A DNA stretch of 64,000 nucleotides, taken from positions 814 through 64,813 of the forward strand of contig JAFZVW010000029.1 in the NCBI GenBank assembly GCA_017617635.1, given 5' to 3'. The translations under genes were made by a program, and so were the position numbers. This document shows positions 18,841-26,901 of the stretch, piece after piece (within the stretch, counting starts at the first letter, position 1; every line of letters begins with the position of its first letter). The DNA is from Bacteroidaceae bacterium. Its GTDB lineage: Bacteria > Bacteroidota > Bacteroidia > Bacteroidales > Bacteroidaceae. Below the pieces are notes generated by a model. It searched no databases. It was not told the DNA's origin and saw nothing but the letters and a program-made list of their open reading frames with translations.

Positions 18841-19593
18841 TCACAGCCCTTCGCAATCCTCGGTACGCAATTCATGTACAACTGCCCTGAACAGATCAAT
18901 GTCAGTGGGGTGAGTCAGTTTGAAGTTCAGGCTTGACCCCTGTGCGGCAAACAAAGGCGTATGTCCCAGGCGGCATGCCAGGACAAACAGGCTCTGGGCA
19001 TCGTCCACACCCTGCTCGATGGCCTCCTGTCGCATTGCCTGCAGTTCTTTCAGGCGGAAAGTATGCGGTGTCTGTGCCTTCAGTACCGATTCGCGCAGTA
19101 TGTAGTCATGCGCAGTATGTAAGTAATCCGTCTCGCGGTCCTTCTCCTGTCGGTCCATCACCATGAAGCTCTCCTGCGACTCAATGGCCGTTATGGCATT
19201 CCCGCGGCTCAGGCACACGGCAATGTTGCTGCTAATGGTCTCCTCGGGAAGCAGCGGACGCACGGCATCGTGAACCAGGACGACCGTCTCTTTGTCCTCA
19301 CATTCCGAGATATGCCCGATACCGTTCATCAGCGAGCCCATACTCGTGGCACCCGCTGTGGCGACACCGCAGAACTTGGCAATTCCGGCCGTCAAGGCCT
19401 GCTCCCGGACAACCTCATGCCATTTGGGGGCAGCCACCACATATATCGCATCTATCAGTTTATGACGCTGAAAAGCCGACATCGTATATTGCAGCACACT
19501 CAAGCCGTCCACCTCGGTAAACTGCTTGGGTACGCTCAGGTGCATCCTGTTTCCCACGCCACCGGCCAATATCAGTGCTATACAGCGAGTCAT
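18841..19593 (-). CDS. IspD/TarI-family cytidylyltransferase
   Basis: ALILAGGVGNRMHLSVPKQF matches the IspD/TarI N-terminal nucleotide-binding motif. I use the internal ATG at 19593, which lies 2 nt after the upstream gene's stop; the longer track ORF would overlap that gene. Confidence 0.75.
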   Translation of the reverse strand: MTRCIALILAGGVGNRMHLSVPKQFTEVDGLSVLQYTMSAFQRHKLIDAIYVVAAPKWHEVVREQALTAGIAKFCGVATAGATSMGSLMNGIGHISECEDKETVVLVHDAVRPLLPEETISSNIAVCLSRGNAITAIESQESFMVMDRQEKDRETDYLHTAHDYILRESVLKAQTPHTFRLKELQAMRQEAIEQGVDDAQSLFVLACRLGHTPLFAAQGSSLNFKLTHPTDIDLFRAVVHELRTEDCEGL

Positions 19594-19595
19594 CT

Positions 19596-20531
19596 TCAGT
19601 CCCCGGTTATTTTTCCTGTTATATATTTGCACAAGGCGTTGTGTCTTCCTATCATATAATACCTTATCGCCTCCAGTACTGTCGATTCGAAAATGAAATA
19701 TATCCACGGATGTCCCAGGGCCGTAGTCAGAAACAGCACGCCCACGCGTGTGTCGAATGTCAGGATGTTTGTAAGCGGCATCAGCGGACGGCTGTACTTG
19801 CAGAATTCTTCCCGCAATGGGGTAGGGATTCCCTCGGGATAACGCTCCTCAAGCCTGTGCTTCATCTGCACCACGGCAGGAGCCTGAGCCTCCTGGCTTC
19901 CCGTATACCTGATGTAGAAGAACAGGTACAGTTTGTGGAACCATTCAGCCGAACGCCACTTCATGCCAAGGTACTGCTCGCGCAGGACTACTGTCTCATC
20001 CAGTTCCGCACGCTCACGGCCCAACTCAAAATACATATGCATGTTGCGGTAATAGTCCCCTATTGCACACTGCCGTCCGTGGCAGCGCAAGCCGCTCCAT
20101 GCACCTACAAGCCATATTCCCCATCCCCACTTTACATCAGTAAACGGGATTACCTCCTGCTGCAGTCGCAGACAGATGAACAGGTATATGAAGAAGAACC
20201 ATACATCGCCCGCAAAGCCGTCCAGAATGCGCCCTATCAGCGTACGCTTCCCTGTCATTCGTGCCAGTTGTCCGTCAGCGCAGTCGTACCAGTTGGCCCA
20301 GATGAGCAGGAACATGCCAATCAGGTTCGTCCGCACATCCGTACTGTAGAAAAACCAGCCGCTCGCAGCGCCGATTACTAAGCCCATCAGCGTCACGGCC
20401 ACAGGATGTACGCCCAGTTTACTGAACAGCACAGCCCACAGGTAGCCCGGAGTACGTGTTACGTACAGTTCGAACGGCCCTTCAGCGTCGCGGCTCTTCT
20501 GCGTACTTCGTACCTTGTCAATCAGCCTCAT
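19596..20531 (-). CDS. CDP-alcohol phosphatidyltransferase family membrane protein
   Basis: Exact family signature DCADGQLARMTGKRTLIGRILDGFAGD (DxxDGxxARx8GxxxDxxxD) and several TM segments. Start taken at MRLIDKV (ATG 20531; alternative 20540). Confidence 0.8.
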   Translation of the reverse strand: MRLIDKVRSTQKSRDAEGPFELYVTRTPGYLWAVLFSKLGVHPVAVTLMGLVIGAASGWFFYSTDVRTNLIGMFLLIWANWYDCADGQLARMTGKRTLIGRILDGFAGDVWFFFIYLFICLRLQQEVIPFTDVKWGWGIWLVGAWSGLRCHGRQCAIGDYYRNMHMYFELGRERAELDETVVLREQYLGMKWRSAEWFHKLYLFFYIRYTGSQEAQAPAVVQMKHRLEERYPEGIPTPLREEFCKYSRPLMPLTNILTFDTRVGVLFLTTALGHPWIYFIFESTVLEAIRYYMIGRHNALCKYITGKITGD

Positions 20532-21204
20532 TCTGCACATCGTTAAAAGGAGGGAACGGCTTAGGCTGACGACGGTTGTCCTCGCGCTTGTCCACAAACA
20601 GCTTGGGCAAGGGATTGGCATGAGCCTCGTCCCAGCGCTCGCGTGCAGCCAGTATGTCCTTTGCCGCATATATGCACTCGTGCAGGCTCCTGTCGTTCAT
20701 CGGACTCGTGCAAACCAGTTCCCGTCCGGTAGTATAGGCTACGCCGCAATTGTCGGTAATGCGCAGGAATTCGCGCATGCCTGCTTCGCGGTCTTCCATC
20801 AGTATTGCATCGTATGCCAACAGGTTCTCCTCGTCTATGCTGCGGGTAATTCTCGGATTGTCAATGTCGAATTCACGCCGCAATGTCTCGCGCAGCATCT
20901 TCTCCTGCTCTGCGGCATCCTCTCCCCCGGTCAGGAAAGCCATGCGCAGGTCGTTCCACAGCAGCATGTCCATTCCCCTCAGGTCCGCAGGATTCAGTTT
21001 CTGAACACCTTCGGGCTGTAGGATGACGAAAGCATCCGTATTACCGTCTTCCCAATCCGCATACGCCTCGTTTACAGCATCGTCGCCACGGCTTTCATAT
21101 ATTGTCTTGTCTACGATTTCGTCCAGCAGTATATCCTCAAACGCCCCGTTCAGGACATCCATGCCCCATTCGTCGCAGGCAGCAAATCCCATGTTTATCT
21201 TCAT
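20518..21204 (-). CDS. Hypothetical acidic cytoplasmic protein
   Basis: 228-aa ATG ORF, Asp/Glu-rich, with no signal peptide and no motif I recognise. It overlaps the next gene by 14 nt and lies 6 nt after the previous one, so it is probably translated. Confidence 0.5.
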   Translation of the reverse strand: MKINMGFAACDEWGMDVLNGAFEDILLDEIVDKTIYESRGDDAVNEAYADWEDGNTDAFVILQPEGVQKLNPADLRGMDMLLWNDLRMAFLTGGEDAAEQEKMLRETLRREFDIDNPRITRSIDEENLLAYDAILMEDREAGMREFLRITDNCGVAYTTGRELVCTSPMNDRSLHECIYAAKDILAARERWDEAHANPLPKLFVDKREDNRRQPKPFPPFNDVQNEAD

Positions 21205-21210
21205 AATACC

Positions 21211-22254
21211 CTATTTATTGTCTTTATTTACCTTTTCCTCCTCGATAGTCGGCGTTATGGCAGCCATGAACTGCTCCTCAGGCAGTTTCATCGTGTACAG
21301 CGAACCCTCCAGGCGGCGTATCAGGCCGCGCTTCATCTTCTCGGGTGCATATACAAAGCCCTCGACGACTACCACACGGTTATTCTCAGTATCAACGCGG
21401 GCGTGGCTGACATACGGACCGCCCATGCAGTCGTTGCGCATTATCCACAAACCGCGCATCTCCATGGCATACTGGTTATGGACTACGATAGGCTTCACCA
21501 TCGTGCACAAGGTGTCCGTCTGCATATACATGCCAGGTTTCTCGCCGGGCAGGTTCTCCTTCATTATGCTGTCACGCTTTGCACACAGATACTGCTTGTT
21601 GAATGTTTCAGGCCCCTCGTACGGGAACGAGTACATGACGATGCTCTCCAGTCCCGTAGCCGTGTTGTTGGTCGTCCACAGGAAGTTCTTGCCCTTCTTG
21701 TAGTTCGTCAGCTCGTCCGGTGCATACATCTCGCAGTCAAAGATCTGCTTGGCTAGGTCAAACGTCTTCTTGCTGTACTTCTTCTTCAGTTCCACTACCA
21801 GACGGTTCATCTCCATCTTAACCAGGAAATCCACAATCTCCTCGCGATGCTCCGTGCAGAACTCCTGAAACGCCTCCCTGCTGGGCGAGTTTATCGTCAG
21901 CACAATCTGCTCCAGGGCATATTTGTCACGAGTGAACTTCATTTTCGTCTTCGTGAACTGCTTCCCGTCTATGTTCACGATAATAATATTGCGGAATATG
22001 TTCAGCACACGGTCAAAATCCTTCTTTTCCGTCTGCGAGATACGGAAGCTCCGTTCGCTCTGCGGCAGCATGGGCACATCCGTGTCCAGAACGTTGAACA
22101 GGGCACGTCCGTGAGGAGTATTCCACTCTACGCTGTCCATCACCACCAGTACCTCGTACGGCCGTCCGCTGGCTACGGGAAACAGAGTCTCCTTGGTGCA
22201 GCCCGACAGCATCATTGTGCAGGCAAACAATAATAGATATAAAGTCTTACGCAT
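21211..22254 (-). CDS. Lipoprotein, DUF4837-like
   Basis: 347 aa with lipobox MLSGC. SGRPYEVLVVMDSVEWNTPHGRALFNVL ... LPQSERSF resembles DUF4837 proteins (family recalled from memory). Confidence 0.5.
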   Translation of the reverse strand: MRKTLYLLLFACTMMLSGCTKETLFPVASGRPYEVLVVMDSVEWNTPHGRALFNVLDTDVPMLPQSERSFRISQTEKKDFDRVLNIFRNIIIVNIDGKQFTKTKMKFTRDKYALEQIVLTINSPSREAFQEFCTEHREEIVDFLVKMEMNRLVVELKKKYSKKTFDLAKQIFDCEMYAPDELTNYKKGKNFLWTTNNTATGLESIVMYSFPYEGPETFNKQYLCAKRDSIMKENLPGEKPGMYMQTDTLCTMVKPIVVHNQYAMEMRGLWIMRNDCMGGPYVSHARVDTENNRVVVVEGFVYAPEKMKRGLIRRLEGSLYTMKLPEEQFMAAITPTIEEEKVNKDNK

Positions 22255-23287
22255 TTCCGCTATGTTTATATTTCGTATTTAGCAATCCGCATGCAGCCCA
22301 GATGTCCTGTCCGCGGCTTGCACGTATTGTCGTCGTAATGCCGTGCCTTGTCAGATAGTCACGCAACCACGCTATCCTTTCCTCGTCGGTAGAGGCGTAG
22401 GGCGAATCCGGAATCTCGTGGAAGCGAATCAGGTTCACACGGCATTCCAGCGGCCCGAGCAGCCTTACCAGTTCCCTGGCATGGCGTTCAGAGTCGTTGA
22501 TGCCCGTAAACACAATGTATTCAAAGCTGACACGGCGCTGATGGCTCCAGTCGTACTGCATCAGCAATGGGACAAGTTCCCTAATGCCATAGCCGTTCTC
22601 CGCAGGCATCATCTCCTTGCGCTCATCGGGGAAAGGATTATGCAGCGAAACCGCCAGATGGCACGGACTTTCATCCAGAAAACGCTGCAATCCCTTGCGT
22701 ACACCCACAGTGCTGACGGTTATACGCTTCGGGCTCCATGCCCATCCCATAGGATCCATCAGCAGTTCGGTTGCACGCAATACCTCGTCAATGTTGTCCA
22801 AAGGCTCTCCCTGTCCCATGAACACGATATTTGTCAGGCTATCCCTTTCGGGCAGTGCATACACCTGGTTCAGGATGTCACCTGCAGTCAGGTTGCCCCT
22901 GAATCCCTGGCGTCCCGTCATGCAGAACCTGCAGCCCATGCGGCATCCAACCTGACTTGACACACACAGCGTCGCACGCTCCCCGTCAGGGATGTACACA
23001 CACTCCACCGTCTCACCCTCAATGCTTGTCGGGAACAGATACTTCACCGTCCCGTCTGCGCTACACTGGCGGTCCACATACTGCATGTGACCTACAGAGT
23101 ATCGTTCCGCAAGCGCCTTCCTGGCCTTCAGGCTCAGGTTCGTCATATCCTCTATGTCAGACACACCCTTTTCATAGATCCACTGCATAATCTGTTTTGC
23201 AGCAAATCCCGGCAATCCCGGCTCTCCGGCAATCACCTTCAGTTCAGCCAGGGATTTCCCCAATAGTAAATCGCGTGTGTATTCCAT
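22247..23287 (-). CDS. rlmN: 23S rRNA/tRNA (adenine-C2)-methyltransferase RlmN (radical SAM)
   Basis: Radical-SAM cluster motif CRMGCRFCMTG, then GEPL and a C-terminal AACGLL-type Cys. I prefer the ATG at 23287; the track start at 23305 is GTG. Confidence 0.9.
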   Translation of the reverse strand: MEYTRDLLLGKSLAELKVIAGEPGLPGFAAKQIMQWIYEKGVSDIEDMTNLSLKARKALAERYSVGHMQYVDRQCSADGTVKYLFPTSIEGETVECVYIPDGERATLCVSSQVGCRMGCRFCMTGRQGFRGNLTAGDILNQVYALPERDSLTNIVFMGQGEPLDNIDEVLRATELLMDPMGWAWSPKRITVSTVGVRKGLQRFLDESPCHLAVSLHNPFPDERKEMMPAENGYGIRELVPLLMQYDWSHQRRVSFEYIVFTGINDSERHARELVRLLGPLECRVNLIRFHEIPDSPYASTDEERIAWLRDYLTRHGITTTIRASRGQDIWAACGLLNTKYKHSGNA

Positions 23288-23365
23288 AATAATTAAATCA
23301 GGCACAAAGATAAAAAAAATAATCTATTTTGTTATAATATTCTTGGAACTTAAACATAAAATCAT

Positions 23366-23373
23366 TAACTTTG
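23366..23373 (+). promoter_or_regulatory. -7 promoter box TAACTTTG for the GH109-like gene
   Basis: Exact TAnnTTTG match, 74 nt upstream of the ATG at 23447. Confidence 0.45.
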
Positions 23374-23446
23374 CCCGTGTTCCGTGTTGAAAAAAGAGAG
23401 AATAAAAACATAACTAACCTAAATTAAACAACAACTTTTCAAGAAA

Positions 23447-25021
23447 ATGAAACTGAAAGGATTTATTGCAGTACTGCTGTCATGCATGACAATGATGACA
23501 ACAGCACAGTCGCTCTCTCCCAGCACCAAGTGGCATTGGGACAAGGGCACCATCGTTGTCGATACCCCGCAGCGTCCTGCAGGACAGACCAACGTCCTGG
23601 GTCTCACCGCTCCCAAATTGCAGACCGTTCGCGTTGCGTTCGTAGGTCTGGGTATGCGCGGTCCCGGTGCAGTAGAGCGTTTCTGCTACATTCCAGGCGT
23701 GCAGATTGTTGCATTGTGTGACTATATCGAGGAACGCGCCGAGAGGATGCAGGGCGCATTGCGCAAGGCAGGTCTGCCACCAGCAGCCATCTACAGCGGC
23801 GAGAAAGGTTACGAGGAGCTGTGCAAGCGCCCCGACATCGACCTCGTTTACGTAGCAACCGACTGGGATCACCACTTCCCCGTAGCCAAGTGCGCACTCG
23901 AGAACGGCAAGCACACAGCAATCGAGGTACCCAGTGCCATGAACCTCGAGCAGTGCTGGGAGCTCATCAACCTCAGCGAGAAGACACGCCTCCACTGCAT
24001 GATTCTGGAGAACTGCTGCTACGACTGGTACGAGCTCAACACCCTCAACATGGCCCAGAACGGCGTCTTCGGCGAAGTTCTGCGCGGCGAGGGAGCCTAC
24101 ATCCACAACCTGGACGACTTCTGGGACTACTACTGGACCAACCCTGCCGATCCCGAGCAGAACAAGCTTGGCTGGCGTATGAAGTACAATCGCGACAACC
24201 GCGGTGACGTATATGCAACCCACGGCCTCGGCCCCGTTGCACAGTGCATGGACATCCACCGCGGCGACCGCTTCACCGTTCTCACCGCAATGGACACCAA
24301 GAGCGCCCACGGACGCGAATGGGTCGAGAAGAAGACCGGCAAGCCCTGCCCACAGTTCCGCAACGGCGACCAGACCACAACCCTCATGCGTACAGCCAAC
24401 GGCAAGGTTGTCGAGATTCAGCACAACGTAATGAATCCCCAGCCATACAACCGTCTGTTCAAGCTTACCGGTACCAAGGGCTATGCCACCAAGTACCCCG
24501 AGCAGCACTTCGCACTGGACAAGAGCCAGCTTGCAGCCAGCGGCGTAGCACCCAAGGTTGACGACCTCTCAAGCCACGGCTTCCTGCCCGCAGCCGAGCA
24601 GAATGCACTCATGGCTAAGTACCAGCACCCCATCATCAAGAAGTACGGCGAGATGGCACAGAAGGTAGGCGGTCACGGCGGTATGGACTTCTTCATGGAC
24701 GCACGCCTCGTTTACTGTCTGCAGAACGGCCTGCCGCTTGACATGGACGTTTACGACCTGGCAGAGTGGTGCTGTCTGGCAGAGCTTGGCAGCCTGTCAA
24801 TGGACAACAACTGCGCAGCAGTAGCATTCCCCGACTTCACACGCGGTGCATGGAACCAGGTCAAGGGCTACCGTCACGCCTATGCAACCCCCGAGGAGGA
24901 AGCAAAGACCGAGGCAGCAGCCGAAGCCTACACCAAGGCCCAGAAGGAACTTTGTGCCAAGAAGAAGCTCTGGGAGAAGTACGACAAAGCCAAGGCCAAG
25001 GCAGCCAAGGCCAAGAAGTAA
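23447..25021 (+). CDS. Secreted Gfo/Idh/MocA-family NAD-dependent oxidoreductase, GH109-like (alpha-N-acetylgalactosaminidase-like), with a Lys/Ala-rich C-terminal tail
   Basis: 524 aa with a signal peptide. Rossmann start VRVAFVGLGMRG. Overall length and layout resemble GH109. The tail is KKKLWEKYDKAKAKAAKAKK. Confidence 0.65.
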   Translation: MKLKGFIAVLLSCMTMMTTAQSLSPSTKWHWDKGTIVVDTPQRPAGQTNVLGLTAPKLQTVRVAFVGLGMRGPGAVERFCYIPGVQIVALCDYIEERAERMQGALRKAGLPPAAIYSGEKGYEELCKRPDIDLVYVATDWDHHFPVAKCALENGKHTAIEVPSAMNLEQCWELINLSEKTRLHCMILENCCYDWYELNTLNMAQNGVFGEVLRGEGAYIHNLDDFWDYYWTNPADPEQNKLGWRMKYNRDNRGDVYATHGLGPVAQCMDIHRGDRFTVLTAMDTKSAHGREWVEKKTGKPCPQFRNGDQTTTLMRTANGKVVEIQHNVMNPQPYNRLFKLTGTKGYATKYPEQHFALDKSQLAASGVAPKVDDLSSHGFLPAAEQNALMAKYQHPIIKKYGEMAQKVGGHGGMDFFMDARLVYCLQNGLPLDMDVYDLAEWCCLAELGSLSMDNNCAAVAFPDFTRGAWNQVKGYRHAYATPEEEAKTEAAAEAYTKAQKELCAKKKLWEKYDKAKAKAAKAKK

Positions 25022-25046
25022 TTTACGGGATTTCCCGATCATATAC

Positions 25047-25078
25047 AGCCCCGACTCAAATGCGAGCCGGGGCTTTTT
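25047..25078 (+). terminator. Possible weak terminator or attenuator between the GH109-like and FadL-like genes
   Basis: agccccg ... cggggct is a 7-bp stem with a 14-nt loop, followed by TTTTT. Confidence 0.5.
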
Positions 25079-25120
25079 GTGCACAAATGTATCCGGTAGT
25101 GTGCAATTTTTTAAGAAATG

Positions 25121-25152
25121 TTTGCACCATTTCCTAAAAAGTGTTACCTTTG
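25121..25152 (+). promoter_or_regulatory. Bacteroidetes promoter for the FadL-like gene: -33 TTTG (25121-25124) and -7 TACCTTTG (25145-25152)
   Basis: Both consensus elements are present with a 20-nt spacer, 31 nt upstream of the ATG at 25183. Confidence 0.6.
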
Positions 25153-25182
25153 CACCCGAATTAAGCACAAAAGTGTAAAATT

Positions 25183-26721
25183 ATGAGAAAAAAAATCCTT
25201 CTTTCGCTGGCAGCAGTGCTGGCATTTGGCACCGCTTTTGCAGGTGGTCTTAACACAAACACAAACGTAAATGCACATTTCCTGCGTTTCTTTACACAGG
25301 ACGCCAATGTGACACTTACATCACTTCACGCAAACCCCGCCGGCAGTGCATTCCTCACCAAGGGCTGGCACTTCAGTATCCATAACCAGACTGTTGTTCA
25401 GCAGCGCAACATTACTACTCAATTCCCACTCTTTCAGTATAACCCCAAGAACAACGGTTCCGATACACACCGTTACGAGGGTAAGGCATTTGCACCCGTA
25501 GTTCCTGCCTTAGGCTTCAGCTACAACAGCGGCAAGAAGTGGAGCATCAACGGCGAGCTTTGCGTAGTAGGCGGCGGCGGAGCATGCGAGTTCCTGGACG
25601 GTATCGGTTCGTTCGAGGCACTCTATGCAGGCAAGCTCTATGGTGCAGTAGCTCCAGGCTATATACAGACAGTAGTGCCGCAGCTGATGACAGCCTACGG
25701 TATGGACCAGGCAGCAGCAACTGCACAGGCAAGACAGATGTTTGCCAGCAACTACCGTTTCAGCAACACCGCTTACATGAACGGAAGCAACTATATGTTC
25801 GGCCTGCAGGTCGGTGCAACATACAAGGTTTTGGAAAACCTCGCCGTATATGCCGGTATCCGCGGTGTCTATGCCACAGGTAACTACAACGGATATGTAC
25901 AGGACGTAATGTACAGCACAGACGGAGGCCATAACTACAACTACGTTTCCGAGAACGGAACCCAGCAGCTCGCAGGGCAGACCGTCAATGTCAACGGACG
26001 TAATACCACGCTGAGCATGAACTGCGATCAGACAGGCTTCGGTGTAACCCCCGTCCTCGGTATCCACTGGTATATCAACGAACACTGGAATCTGGCTGCC
26101 AAGTACGAGTTCAAGACCAAGATCCGTATGGAGAACACAACCCGTATGAACGAATACACACAGACTCTTGTTAATCCGCTCAGCCCGAACTACAGCAATA
26201 CCCTTGCAGCCTTTGCTGACGGCAAGAAAGTAGCAGACGACATCCCAGGCTACCTGGCACTCGGTGCACAGTACAGCCCCAAGGAGAACATCCGTATCGG
26301 CCTGGCATACCACTGGTTCCAGGACACCAGCGCAAACAAGGGAACTGCCGAGGTGACAAACCCCGACGGTACAACATCCATTGTCGACAAGCGTGACCTT
26401 ATCGACCACGATACACACGAGGTATTGGCAGGTATCGAGTGGATGTGCCACAAGCGCCTTACCGTCTCAGCTTCATGGCAGAAGACAATGTACGGCGTCA
26501 GCGACCGCTACATGAACGACATCAGCTTCTGCTGCTCAAGCAACTCCCTGGGTTGCGGTGTACGTATCCATGCCAGCAAGCTGTTCAACATCGACCTCGG
26601 CTACATGCACACCTTCTACCAGGACCGCACCGTTACCACTCCGACAGCCGTAGGTCCTAAGATTGACACTTACAACCGTACCAACGACGTTATCGGTGTC
26701 GGTCTCAACTTCGCCTGGTAA
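25183..26721 (+). CDS. Outer-membrane transport protein, FadL/OMPP1/TodX-like beta-barrel
   Basis: 512 aa with a signal peptide. Has an N-terminal NPAG motif (LHANPAGSAF) and alternating beta-strand pattern, and ends GVGLNFAW. Confidence 0.6.
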   Translation: MRKKILLSLAAVLAFGTAFAGGLNTNTNVNAHFLRFFTQDANVTLTSLHANPAGSAFLTKGWHFSIHNQTVVQQRNITTQFPLFQYNPKNNGSDTHRYEGKAFAPVVPALGFSYNSGKKWSINGELCVVGGGGACEFLDGIGSFEALYAGKLYGAVAPGYIQTVVPQLMTAYGMDQAAATAQARQMFASNYRFSNTAYMNGSNYMFGLQVGATYKVLENLAVYAGIRGVYATGNYNGYVQDVMYSTDGGHNYNYVSENGTQQLAGQTVNVNGRNTTLSMNCDQTGFGVTPVLGIHWYINEHWNLAAKYEFKTKIRMENTTRMNEYTQTLVNPLSPNYSNTLAAFADGKKVADDIPGYLALGAQYSPKENIRIGLAYHWFQDTSANKGTAEVTNPDGTTSIVDKRDLIDHDTHEVLAGIEWMCHKRLTVSASWQKTMYGVSDRYMNDISFCCSSNSLGCGVRIHASKLFNIDLGYMHTFYQDRTVTTPTAVGPKIDTYNRTNDVIGVGLNFAW

Positions 26722-26743
26722 ACACAGCGATATACATTTATTC

Positions 26744-26762
26744 AAAATAGTAAGTAAGTAGG
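26744..26762 (+). repeat. Copy 1 of the dispersed 19-mer AAAATAGTAAGTAAGTA(G/A)G
   Basis: Also present at 36844-36862 (+) and as the reverse complement at 36714-36732. Confidence 0.85.
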
Positions 26763-26767
26763 TAAGT

Positions 26768-26807
26768 AAGAAGAGTAGGAAAGTGAACAATCCTACTCTT
26801 CTTTTTT
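26768..26807 (+). terminator. Rho-independent terminator
   Basis: Perfect 13-bp stem aagaagagtagga / tcctactcttctt with a 10-nt loop, followed by TTTT. Confidence 0.85.
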
Positions 26808-26901
26808 CATTCTACACTTTTCATTTTTCACTCTTTCATGGCTCGCCCAGATAATAGGACGCGCAGCACGCAACGTCAACGGACTTGCCATGATGTAGCC
26901 G

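Noticed and set aside
23480-26451. Long minus-strand ORFs 23480-24508 (342 aa) and 25510-26451 (313 aa).
   Set aside because: They are antisense to the GH109-like and FadL-like genes, Val/Ala/Gly/Leu-rich, and without signal or motif. They are shadow ORFs.
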